DNA of 60,450 nt, counting the filler, from Platydemus manokwari (Eukaryota), in assembly GCA_037951405.1 (NCBI GenBank). It is 5 parts of 5 records of this genome, joined end to end, with 100 filler letters (N's around TTAATTAATTAA, not from the genome) between each part and the next. Parts side by side here need not be neighbours in the genome. Positions count along the whole stretch, not along the records: positions 20,250 to 37,253 come from JBBMOY011125885.1; positions 37,354 to 49,767 come from JBBMOY010147788.1; 3 more parts are not named here. The stretch is one strand, 5' to 3'. This document shows, in pieces, positions 26,701 through 39,724 of the stretch (the first letter of the stretch is position 1; the number at the start of each line of letters is the position of its first letter). The translations under genes were made by a program, and so were the position numbers. The notes beneath the pieces were generated by a model. The model was given only the letters and a program-made list of their open reading frames with translations. It was not told where the DNA came from and made no database searches.

Positions 26701-29700
26701 ACTCAGAAAAACCCAATCTCAACATATAACGTCTCGTCAACACAAACTTAAAGACAAGTTCGTCCACAATTTTACAAATTCCAACAAAACAATCCACCAC
26801 AATGCACTCAGACAAATTCCAATTCCCCAATCACATTCTCCGACTTAGAAATTTTCCAAATGACGAGATGACGTTCCGGCCGTGTGAACTTAATATATGA
26901 TTCCAATAAATGTGTTCACAATTTCATAAATCTGCCAAATTATCCAACAGAATTGCAGTAATTTCGATCAGTCTACTCACTAACTGCCAAGTCCCAATTT
27001 TCGGTGCTGCCACAACCATTTCTCAACCATTTCAAGGAATTACGGCAAGGCGCGATATTTATCTTACCAAACCAAAGAGGTGAGGGATTTCCCATCGCCT
27101 CAAGAAGAACTTGTTTATGGGTAATAAATATTAATTTTCTTTTTCAGGATGAAACACTAAACATGATTACACAACTGACCTTTGTCCACTATTTAAGTGA
27201 AGCAATTCAAATCTTTCTGTTAATCGTTTATATTACAATTATACAACTTTATATGGAATTTTGTACAGTGTACAGTTAATTGAAGATAGGCTTTGTCAAT
27301 ACAAATATTTTTAAAATAGATTCATATTAATCATATATTACTTTAAAAAATGTTATAAAACATGGAATCAACAAAGAATACTTAAATAAAGCACAAACTC
27401 AGAATTACCTTATTGCTTTCTTCCTTAAAAGAAATTTGAGTTAAGAATAAAGTTATATCATAATTCAGAATTCATTTTATTTAATCTAAATAACTTTAAT
27501 CCAAATAAATAAAACACATCAGATAAACAATATATAAGACAAATAATTTTTTAAAAATAATTTATTAAAACATTTTTTTTTATTTTAGTTGTTTCAAATA
27601 ATCTAAAATTAAAATAACTTGCACTCATGCATACGTAACTGAAGTGGAAATATGAAAAAATCTTAATTTCGAAACATTAATTATTTACATATTTATTTCT
27701 TTATCTATATCACTCATTGATCAACAAACCTGATGAATGATACTTCATGCATTAGGTCTATAGACTTAAATATTTAAACAAAAATACTTTAGAAACTGCG
27801 TCAAATTGTATATCCAATTACTCGCTTCACTTTCAGGTGTTGATGCCCAATTTAAAGTAAACAAAATGCTACAAAATTAACAAAAAAGCAATCGATTATT
27901 CTGGGATTAGCTTTGATTTTCCTATGTATTCCATTATAATAATATTTAATCTCTAGATTTTCTAAGAATATATTACTTATAATTCAAACTCGTCCTGGGA
28001 ATTAGTTCTTTATAAGGCGATAATGATGTGCACGGACTGAAAATGCATTTGAATAAAACATGGATAAGTTTAGATAATGATAGAATAAGTAAATTAGTAA
28101 TAACTATGTAACTATTTTTACTTGTAACGATACTTTAATTATCTGCTATTTTGAAAACGAATTCATAATAAATAAATATTAACAAAATACATAATAAATT
28201 AACAAATAAACATTTTTAGAGTGAAAACGTATCGATTAAAATTCAAAATCAAAACGCTAAATATAGATTAAAATAAATGATAAAAAGAATATGTGAAGTA
28301 TATTTTAAAACAATATTGTTAATATTGTGTCTGGATGTAACGCAACAAGTGGTTCGATGTGCAAGCTATCTCAATAAAAACGAGTAGAAAACATAATTTC
28401 TTTCAAATTTTTCCGAAAATAACGAAGAACCCAGAACCACAGAAACAAGTTATTTATTTTATTTTACTGTAAGGTAAAATAAGAACCCACAAGAATTGTA
28501 AACTAGTAAAAGTATCGTAGAAGCATTATGGTTGTGCGCCAGGAGTAGTCCCTTTGTCAGTATCTCACATTTGTGAGGACTAGATCTGTTTTTTTTGCTA
28601 AATGATCTCTTATTGTTGGATCTGTTCTTGTGTTTTCAAATTTATGAAAGTAGTAAAGTTATAAAACAAATATATTTTTGTGATCGAATCTATTTACTTA
28701 TTTGGAATGATATTATTAAACAAGTAATTGTGTTCTACCGTAGATAAACCCAACAATTTTTATTATAATGATGCCAGAGAGTAATGTATATAATAGTCTG
28801 ATTTGATAGAAGAAAATTATGAAAAGTGCAGCAAATATTCTGTGTTGAAAACTTTTTTCTTTTCTGCTAAAGTTAGTTTCTCCTCTATGGCACGAGGTTA
28901 CATTTTATGCGCTATTGTCACCGAAGTTTTTCATGTGCATTAAACGTGGATAAAAACTATCTTACTGAACGTGGTTTTAAAATTTAACAAATTATAATTT
29001 TCAATATTAATAAATTAATATAATCGCAACTAAACGATGTAATTGACTGGCTGCACTTAGCAAGTATGAAAGAATTCTAAATGAGTTTATTTATATAACT
29101 TCTCTTCACTAATACATCTTTATTTTTATTGAAATTATACGGACTGTAAAAATACTTTATGCAGCTAGGGTGTATTCAGACATAATGTAGCAAGCACAAA
29201 AATCATTGATTCCCGATGAGTTTGATTGTGATTTGTCCAGTTTCCTAAGATTGGTTCTGATAAATTGGATAATGATTCGTCAAGTAGTTGTGCTAAATAA
29301 GACATTCTCTCTCATATATCACCCTCATCAATCACTTGAATGTTGTAAAAGATCTACGAACATTTTAAAATAGATTAGAATTAAAAAGATTTATATCCAG
29401 AATTTATATTAATTTATATTATATTACATTAATTTGTTCAAATTATTAGGTTAAATATCCTTTTGAATTGCCTCTCAATGTGTGTTTAATAAAATAAAAA
29501 CTTCTTACAAGCTCCATGGGGAACTTTGATATGTTGAAAATTTCTGATTTACGTTAATTATAACAAATATGGAATAATTTTTATAGAATATAAAAAGTAA
29601 TAACTTTTGTTACTAATGTTACAAAATATAGTACATTACAAGTTCGAAAGGTCATTGAAGAATTTACACTCGCATGAAATTTATACCATGCAACGAAACA

Positions 29701-32700
29701 AATTTCCTTTAGGTATAAGATTTTCGGTTATTCTGAAAACCATTTGACTAATTGAAATGAATATACTTTTACAGAAGATATCACCTCTCATTCATTTTTT
29801 ACTGAAGGGATCTTCGATCTTTTGATATTGTTCACCTTTTGAAATATGTCTTTAAAAAGATCAATAAAATAAATGTTAGTTATTAATCATTTTGTTTGTA
29901 AGCCACTCATTGGAAACACACAGAAAGGGCCATGACAGAAAATTATATATACAATCATTAAAACACATTAATATCTTTTGGTATTGATTTTTAAAATCTT
30001 TTAAATTTAAATTTTAAAATCCTCACACTGTTAACGATTTAATAATTACAATATATTTTTCTTCCGTTATTATGTTCATATTTTCGCTAAACACGAGTCA
30101 GACAAACATTGGTGTGATTAGAATTGGATCTGCAGATGTATGAAGATCAGTAATTGCTTATGTTTACTTAAACTGAGTAGAAACAAATCGATCCTTAATT
30201 GTTTGCAAAAAACGAACTTCAATGGCAAATTGTATGGACTGTCTATTTTTACATGGAAATGCACAGATTCCACAACTCTGGCATAAAGCGGAATCTAAGA
30301 TCGACTAAAAATTAACTTTATTTTTATATAATTTGTTATTTAGTAGTTAAAATTAATTATTTTATTGGTGACAATCTAAGTTATTTTACTGATGCATACA
30401 GGGGTCAATCAGTACCTACAGTGCAATTTTCGACAAATTGAAGCTGTCGATATCAATGAATTTAAAATCTTAGATATATATTTATAATAATATACACATA
30501 AAAGATAAATACACACACAGCCAAAATAAGGCTTGCCTGTAGAACACAGGAAGGATAAAAATTGTTTTCTAGTCATACAAATGTTTCTTGATAGGGAGCG
30601 ATTTCCTCAATTGAAAGACTGACCTGCACTATATGTCCGCAAGCGCCCAGATTAGATTGTTAAGAATTGCTGAGTAACAGGGCCATTTGATGTCGTTTGT
30701 CTTTCGGGTCCTGGAGGATACTTTTCACACTTCCAAGCACCGATCACTCCGGAATCGACGATGGTTATGGCCTACCATCGGACTCAACACGAAGATGTGC
30801 TCACTTTCATTGTTAAAAAATCGTAATCTGATCTGTCCAGGAGAATATCTGTATTCATTTGTTCATAAACATTGCAAACAGTTTTGTAAATGAAAATATG
30901 TTTTATCAGTCTTTATTTTGTTAATTTTTTATTGAAATACATCTGATTACATTTCGAAACCATTGAACATGATATTTACAGAGTTTGTGTTGTGATTGTT
31001 CAGTGATAATAATGCTCCAATTTGAAATTTACATGAAATATGACAAAAATACGATAGTAACCACTGGTTAGAATAGAAAAAATACAACTATCAACAATAG
31101 ATTGTTATCGATAATAAAAATTTGGATTGAACACAATTATATAACATCGATTACGTAACTGGTGTGTGCAAATACTCAATATTTACAAAAAATTTTCAAA
31201 TGATTATGGAAAATATCTATTCCAAGAATGGGAAATTTAGTCCAGGTATATGTGGGATGCTTTATATAAGCTTCAGAAATCGATAAACGGAATGTTAAAG
31301 TTAAATTTATTACCTGACTTGATTACATAATTAATGATAAATACATATTTGCAAGGATTTACTCTAAAAATGCCCTTGCATCAATTTATAAGTCAAATAA
31401 ACTGTAGATTATTTTAGGGTATAAAATAAAAAGCTCATAATTTAGTAACCTTTTTGGCAAATGATTTCAAAGAACGTTGGTATTGCTATTCGGATTTTGC
31501 GACAGAATTTGATAAATTATTTTGTCAATATATTTTTGCCAAGATTTTCTGTGATTAATTTTAGAACTCGTACCTGAATCCTTCAGTCACTTTTCGTCTG
31601 ACAACTGTCTTAAAAATGATAAGTTCTTCAAGTTGTTCTTGGATTTTATTGGAAAATGAACACACATAGAAGCTACATTGTATATAGAAGCATAAAACAT
31701 CGCATAAATAGGGAATTTGATAAATTTATATTTTAAACTTTATTGATAGAACTTACGGTTCTTAATAAATATAATCCAATCTTATTCGTATTCAAAAAAA
31801 TAATATTAAAGCCATTTGATTGGAGTAAAATTAATTGACAAAAAAAGAAAGCTCTTTGATGATGAAGAACTTCATAAATCAATAACTCGAAAGCTGTTGT
31901 TATGAATGTCGATATATTATCAGATGACAAGCATTTTGTTTTGAAATAAATTGTTACTTAATGTCAATGTATGGCCTAATTGAGTTCGTCAACAAATGAG
32001 AACGCCTTGTTCTTGAATAAAAATACAAGAAATATGGAAAAGATAAAGCCATGAGAGATATAATTCGATAAATATACTCAAATGTTCTTAATTTGGTTTC
32101 AAATCCATATCTATTGATTGATGTCGTTTATTACTCAACTTCATGTTATGGATCCCATTTTAAAATCGTGATTCCATTGTTTTGTTTCTATCTTTAATAT
32201 AGCAGAAATACCGAAAAAAATATCGTTATTGTTTGAAATCATTATTAAAATGTGATTGTTAAAATTAAATCGGGTTCTTATTCTCTCTTTCTATTCTTTA
32301 CTTCTATAATTATCAATGCATGTCATGAATTGACAGAATTCATCACTAATTTTAATTTCATACACTCAACACAAATATATATATCGAAATCCATAAAAAC
32401 CGAAACATTAATATAAAAATTTATTGACTAATTTTAATCGATATATTTATATATGCACAGAGTATTGATTTCACATTGAATCGTATTTATAAATATATCT
32501 GGTGATAGTCACTGTTATGTTATTGAGTAGTGTAGCTGATATTATCGATTAATTTTGGAATCATCAATCACAGATTTCAAGAATTATTTTTTTCAATCTT
32601 ATTTTTACCAAACATAGCTTTAAAAGAGATAATAAATTGAAATATATGCCCAATTTTATTATTTTAACATTAAATATTCATCATGTTTGTTCCAGTCCAC

Positions 32701-33669
32701 CAAATGACTTTATGCTTTGAAACCTGAGTTTTTGACCAACAATGCTCACAAGATCCTCTTGAAAGAAAACATTTCCAAAAATTGCTTCTTCGATGGCAAT
32801 CCTGTCTAAAAATGCAATTCTTATCAAAGAAAATCCAGCTATCTGACGATAGCAAATCGAAATTTCCAAGATGAAAGTAGCCATTGTTAATGATGACCAT
32901 TCGCAATTCTTAAAATAATGCTTGTTTGAAAACTTTGAGAACTGCGTACGGACAATCACTCTCACACGGCTTGCAGAAAAAAATCATATTTTGAGCTGCT
33001 GAAAATTTAAATGCAAAACGTTATTGACTTTATTATAAAAAGTTAATTTTTCTAATGCATATATATGTATTTAGAGCACAAATGAATATTATAGCAGTAT
33101 GTTGACCTACATTGATTAACTCTTATTATATACCGAGGCGCCTTTAGCTACGCATCATTAATAGCAACTTTGTATAAATTGAATGTTGCTGAATTGCTTC
33201 TATTTATTATTGAAAGTAGATAAAGATTATTATTTTAAACATTGTTACTTTTTATTATCTTTCAAAAATAGCTATTTGTTTTGTGCACATGGATTAAAAT
33301 GTAGATTGTTCTTCAGCAAAAAAAAATACTGAATGTAGAATTATTATGGATTGGAATTAATGTATGGAGTTAACTAATTTATTCAAAAAAACCACAACAA
33401 TTGTCACTTTAGCACTAACAATCGATTTTTTAGATTTACTAACCTTCACACACAAACACAATGAGAAGAATCGACAAAATTTGGCCGACACACATACACA
33501 AATACAAATTAATAGAAATTGTATGGAGTTGTTCAGTAAGATATGTGTATCCATAGAGTTTTATAGCAAAACATTCAATTGTAAGAAAAAGTTGACATTA
33601 GAAGATTATAATTGTGAATAACATTGTAATGCAAAGTCGGTTTGTCAGTTCAAAAAAGCCAATTCTAAC

Positions 33670-35010
33670 ATGTATAAATGGATTTCAGTAGTAGCTATTG
33701 GTTCTAATGTATTCTCGAATAAGAAACTTAGCGTCTTGTTGGGTAACTCAAACATTTTGAACCGACCTCTTTCTGATATGACGAGTGTGTCAGCGATGAA
33801 TGTAATTTCGTACGATTACGATTGGATGTCAAATGTGCATTACAACGATGATTTCGACATACAACAAACGTGTCATTCAATCAATCAATTGGAAACACAT
33901 AATGATGTCGATACGCTATCGCCCAATCAAAAATTAGATATTAGTCAGATCAATAACAAACTCAATCAATATTACTTGTTGACAAATGAGATGCCGATAA
34001 TTGAAACAATGAATGAATTTGATTTTGAAAATTGCGATAATGAAGATGAGGGCAAATGGAAGGAGAAAATCAAAAAACATCGGAAAACCAGTAATTTTGG
34101 ATTTTCATCATTGCAAAAACGAATCGAGCGTGTCAAAAATGATATAATCAATTTGACAAACAAACTCAACTCTGGCTATGTTCAAAATCCCGATGAAATG
34201 ATTTGTTCTGGCGTCAATACATATTACAATCTTGGTTTCGGTAACATGGTGGATAATGAACTATCGCTATCAGACGATGAAGGTAACAGAGAATCGATAG
34301 AGCCTGTTTGTGATAAGAAAACCTGGAAATGTCCAAGTCAATTCAATTCCAGCAATCCCTATGCTGAACTCAGTGAAAATACTCAAAAAATACTCAATCG
34401 TCTTCATTGGAATGATGATCCCATGAAAGAAAATCATGACATTGAAATTGAAGACATTGCAGTCATAGATGATGATTTGGAAATGGAAGAAGACGATATT
34501 GAATTCACGTTTTGTACAAATCAAAATGGGCTTTTGCAAAACTATCTCAACAAAGGCACTTTGCCAATCATCGAAGAAGAAGAAGAAATCAATTTCAGTA
34601 GTGAAGACGATACAGATTCGATCCGATCGACAATCATTGAGAATTTAATGATGGACATGGAAACGTTGCAAACACCGAAGAGTACTTCTTTGGAATCTGT
34701 GGAGTTTACTGAAAGTGAATCGTATAAAACGGCTTTCACCAATCCAGCTCTAGCCAGCCAAGCCTTAACGGATAAAACATCATCATCGTTCGATGATGCC
34801 GATGAAAATTTCAGTGATTATGCTCGATATTCTATCTCGTCACATTCATCGAAAGAATCACTGAACAGCTGCAAGATTGAAAAATTTGATAACGAAACCA
34901 TTGCAGACAAAACATTGATTATTCACGAATCAAGTGAGTCATTTTGTGGTATTGATATGCATATATTATATTCGTTTTTTTGGTATCAGTTATTATTAAT
35001 ATTATTTTGA
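33670..35010 (+). CDS. Uncharacterised acidic, likely disordered protein (long ORF; possibly an exon ending at the donor at 34934)
   Basis: A 446-codon open frame in strongly AT-rich DNA with locally raised GC, rich in D/E/S. A perfect GTGAGT donor sits at 34934, after which the frame runs into intron-like AT sequence. No recognisable domain, and the true start is uncertain. Confidence 0.7.
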   Translation: MYKWISVVAIGSNVFSNKKLSVLLGNSNILNRPLSDMTSVSAMNVISYDYDWMSNVHYNDDFDIQQTCHSINQLETHNDVDTLSPNQKLDISQINNKLNQYYLLTNEMPIIETMNEFDFENCDNEDEGKWKEKIKKHRKTSNFGFSSLQKRIERVKNDIINLTNKLNSGYVQNPDEMICSGVNTYYNLGFGNMVDNELSLSDDEGNRESIEPVCDKKTWKCPSQFNSSNPYAELSENTQKILNRLHWNDDPMKENHDIEIEDIAVIDDDLEMEEDDIEFTFCTNQNGLLQNYLNKGTLPIIEEEEEINFSSEDDTDSIRSTIIENLMMDMETLQTPKSTSLESVEFTESESYKTAFTNPALASQALTDKTSSSFDDADENFSDYARYSISSHSSKESLNSCKIEKFDNETIADKTLIIHESSESFCGIDMHILYSFFWYQLLLILF

Positions 35011-37253
35011 TCTGAAAATTTTTTTGAATGAACTCATTGAATTATTGATTGATTTCAACATCATTAAAATAATTATAATATCAATTGATAATAATAATCA
35101 ACACACAATTAAATATGAAAATATTTTTGATAATCATTATCGATTATTGTGGTGCATGTATCGAAATTCATAGAAATTTTTTTATAAATCTATCCGTATT
35201 TATTGGTATTTTATTTAATTTTTCTATTAATTACTCGAACTAATAATACGAGTTTTTGTCTTCATGTATGGAAAATATCGATTAAAAATATATCAAGAAA
35301 ACATTGATTGCTGGATTGAAATGAGAATGAATTTGCCAGTTTTAAAATGTTCACATTTTGTCAATTAAAAATACAAAAAACAAAACTGTCAAAGAAACTC
35401 TTTTGATCGAGCAGCAATTGTTGAGGATTTGTTTGATGACGAAACCACTTGAGCAGAACATTAAATGATGACAAAATAAATTGTTTATTAGACTGAAATA
35501 TCAGATACATTAAAATCAATAACGATACCATATATTTTATTGATTCAATTATTTTTTGGGTTGACTTTACAACTTTAATTATACTCTGCTGGTTGTTAAT
35601 AATGATTAAAAAAATTTCATTCGAAACTGTACCAATTTGGAATCTCGTAAGGGGGATTTTAAAATTGGGTTGTCTTTCGTTTAATTCATGATAATAATAT
35701 AAATGTTGAGCTTGGACTCACAATACACCATGTTACCCATATTGATATCCAGTCTCAGTGTTTAATTATAACATTATCGGTTAAGGTTAAAAAAATTTAA
35801 ATTTGTTGAGTGTATTGCAAAAATCAATGCAGTTTATTTAATTATATTCTTTAAAAACATTTTGAATTTTTTATTGAAGAATTTAAGATGAATTTTAGTT
35901 GTTTGTAATTAAATATTAAGTACACTAGAGCTTCAAAATCTATTAAAATTTGATTATTTAAAAAAGGGATTAAATTTGGTGGAATAGCATTTTATTGAAA
36001 ATTATTGAGGATCCAGTTTTTAACATTATTAGCAAATTGATAGATAAAATCAATATTTACAATTATTTTATAAAAATAAGCAATGATATTATTAAACATG
36101 TCTGTAATTAAATAACTCGGTTTATAATTAAAAGATTAGAAAACTCAAAAAACTATATATAAATGTTGTGATAATAATAGGAACTTGGTTTAAAAATAAT
36201 GTTTAATTCTTATTCCACGTCATAAAATGTGAGATATCAACTGAACCATGTAAATGAATCGACTTTCACAAAATGATAAAAAACAACTTAAAACTAAACT
36301 GAATATCTAGTAAATTTATTGTTATATTAAATTTGGTGATTTCTTGATGTCTTCTCATTTCTATTTTAAAATCGGGTGTGTCAATCATAGAGGAAAACAT
36401 TGCAAGAAAAATTTAAAAATAAGCAATGAAAGTATTTCTGTATATGTAATTAATGATGGATCAAGACATATCAGTCACTTTGGGGTTTTGTTGGAGGTCT
36501 TATAGATGGCTTCCAAGCTAAGGTTATCAGTGTGAATCATTCAAAGTGATTTATAACAGAGCCATTTAACCTCAAAATATTGAATCCATATTAAATTGTG
36601 ATTGTTGAAATTAATCAGAATTATTGTGATTTCTGATATTGAATTTAAAGTCAAAATATTATTATAAATTTTGAAAACTTATAATGCACGAAAACACATT
36701 ACATTAAAATTAGGTCAAAGAACAGTTTTTCTGTATTTAAGCCGCTTTATCAATTCATCTAAACAACAAATTGATGTCAGAAAACTTTCTTAACCAATCT
36801 AAACTCAAAATTTAGGCCAAAAGAATAGTTGAAAATATAATCGACGATTTATATATAGTTAGTAATATTTTATATAAGATCTTTTATTGATATGTTAGTG
36901 AGTTACTGTTGTGTATTTATTGGATTTCCGAAAATATTTCTCCTACATTTTTCATTAAAATCAGTATTTAATGTAGGCGAAAGTGTGACGAAATCGGTAT
37001 TTGTTGAAAATTAATTTTATTCAATGTTCTTGTGTTATAAATGAAACGATTTATATTCAGAAGCGAAGACAATCACATTAACGAGTCTAGAGAATTTTGA
37101 TGATGATTTACAATTTTTCAATTTTAATATTTATTTCATCATCTCGGATTTGATAATATTGATTTTGAAGGGTTTAATATGAATATCGATCCAGTGATAA
37201 CTAGCTTGACAATAATAATAGTTTTAATAATAATAATAGTAATAATAAGAATA

Positions 37254-37353
37254 NNNNNNNNNNNNNNNNNNNNNNNNNNNNNNNNNNNNNNNNNNNNTTA
37301 ATTAATTAANNNNNNNNNNNNNNNNNNNNNNNNNNNNNNNNNNNNNNNNNNNN
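37254..37353. other. Artificial assembly spacer
   Basis: 44N-TTAATTAATTAA-44N. Confidence 0.97.
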
Positions 37354-38989
37354 ATAAGCCGTAATAACCGAAAAAAAGAGTAGAAAATACTTAAATATCT
37401 ATTCAAGTGTGATTTTAATCAGACTTTTTCTATCATTTCGTAAATGCAAAAGAATAATAAAAGGTTAACAGATAATGTTTTTAATTGACATTAGTTATTT
37501 ATAAGATATTTCCGAATATGCGTAATTTCAAATAATATATTTTTAAATTCGGATATAAAAGTATTTGCAATCCCTGGTAATATTCTTTCGTGTCCTAATA
37601 GCAGATACAAGCGCAGGGGTATTTACAATTTAATATCAGTGTTTAATTCTGTTTTTAATGACAAACTATTTCAAGGTGAGACAATAAAGACTCACTCTCA
37701 TTTAAAACTTATTGTGTTCAGAATTAATGTCTATTTACAATTATGAGGTAAATTGAAAACCAATTAGATTTATGACTTTCGTGGAATGATACGACGAAAT
37801 GGCAAGAGTATGTGATAATGATTCGGAATCCATGTGCTGAGACTACCCATCTTCTTAACTGGTATGGCTACAAATATCATAATCAAGTACCAGAAATAAA
37901 ACTTAGATTTGGTCACACCATTAAGAAATAACTTATTAATAGGGGATGTCAATAGACTTGATAAACAATGATTAATTCAAATAAAGCAGAATAAAAGAGA
38001 AACGGTAAACAGATATACGTACCAATTGATTTTATACTTGAATGAGTATCTGGACCTCGAGTGATGTGGTTACAAAAATAAAAAATAATTTATCGATTAT
38101 AAAGCGGGAAACAAAAAGCAAAAGCAGAAGAATTTAAAAGAACAACTACGGAACTAAAAGACTCAGATGGTTTAAATATATTAGAAATCCTGGAAGTTGA
38201 TAACACAAAAACACTCAAGATAACATTTTCAAGTCAACATCTTCAGCTTAATATAACACAGCCAGAACATTTAATGGCAAACATAAATCTAAAAAACTAA
38301 CTAAGCAAAAAAAACTGACTAAAGACGGATTTGAAGATAGTTGAGATTTAAACTGATATAAGTGGATTAAATCAATTGGTTGCTGTTGTTTTTGATGGAT
38401 TAATGATATAAATATTAATATATAAATGACTTTAGAATTTCATATTTAAATTTGTAAATAGACTGATCTAGTATGCACACAGCTTTGTTCATCTTTTGAG
38501 AAAAAAATTTTTAAAAAATTATTAAATATTTTGTTTTTCTAGTTTTTTATATATATCCTCATTTATTCAAGTTTATTCTGAAACCTTTTATTTAAATATA
38601 AGCATAGTCATGAACTGTTTCTTAGCTGCAAATAAGTTACTTAATTTATATAAAAACTTTTCAAAATAATTTATTTTCCATATTTCGTTTCACTGGATAG
38701 TTTTCAAAAACCTTTGTTTCCATAAATGATGTTTAATGAGTTATCAGTCATTACAAATCTGAATAAATTACATTATCAAAGTATGTATGCGCTGATTTTG
38801 AAATCAAAACTTCTTTATTGCAGTTTTTAAAATTTGAAAATACTTGTTATTAACTTTTTTTATTTCTAACACCGTTCCATTAGAACGCATCAATTATTGA
38901 TGGAATACTGTTTCTTGTTCGATATATCCTACTTTGACATAATTTTCTAAAGTATGATTGACTAATTCTATATCACCGATTCATGATCT

Positions 38990-39597
38990 TATTTAATATT
39001 GTCTACTTTAGTGTTGTTTTATTTGCTTAGTCGTTATGTTTTTAAAAATTTTGTTGAAAAAAAGGTCTTGGAGTTAATTTGGACTTCTTTTCCTGGTGGA
39101 ATATTAGTTTCTTTAATTATCCCTAGAATAACTGGTTTGTATGCCTTTAATTATCATCGTGTAAAGAAGGTTGGTATGAATACTGTAGTAAGAGGTCGTC
39201 AGTGATATTGGAGTTATAAGTTTTTACCTCGAATTACAAAGTTAAAAACCTGCTCTGATTGTTTATATTATTTTGGTAAGGCAAAAAAGGCTCATTTTTT
39301 TTTTAATTCTGGTAGAAATTCTAGTAATGATTTAATGCATTTTTGGACTAAGAAGGTTCATGCTGCATTTAAGAAAAAAGATTATTGAGTTAGAAATATG
39401 GGTATTGTTGATGGTTTTCATTTTCCTAAGTCGTTGTATGAGATTTTGTAGAGGGTTCGTCATACTCATAGTATGGATGCGGTTATAAGTGAATAGGGTC
39501 TCATCCTCAAAGGATGACTCATCGTCCTTTTACTATAAATCGTTCTTCTATAGTTGCTAATATTCCTGAGTCTGAATATAAGGATATATTTCCTTTC
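38990..39597 (+). pseudogene. cox2: NUMT: partial mitochondrial cytochrome c oxidase subunit II with a long internal insertion
   Basis: LELIWTSFPGGILVSLIIP(S) is TM helix 2 and GRQ(TGA=W)YWSY is the conserved COX2 aromatic motif. TGA=Trp is required and AGA=Ser is likely. Codons are T/G-skewed and NNT-rich. A TAG at 39449 and a frameshift near 39495 show decay. The CuA domain is absent. Confidence 0.85.
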
Positions 39598-39724
39598 ATA
39601 ATGTGTGTATATATGAACAAATTTTTAATTTGATGGATTCCTGATAAAGGACGAGATATAGACAATTTTTGAAATTGCATTGATAGAAGATGCATTGATA
39701 TTCGCTTATATAATACATCTCAAC

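Noticed and set aside
25900-27120. C/A-skewed, higher-GC segment with short ORFs
   Set aside because: Probably a decayed TE, but I could not identify an RT, integrase or transposase motif.
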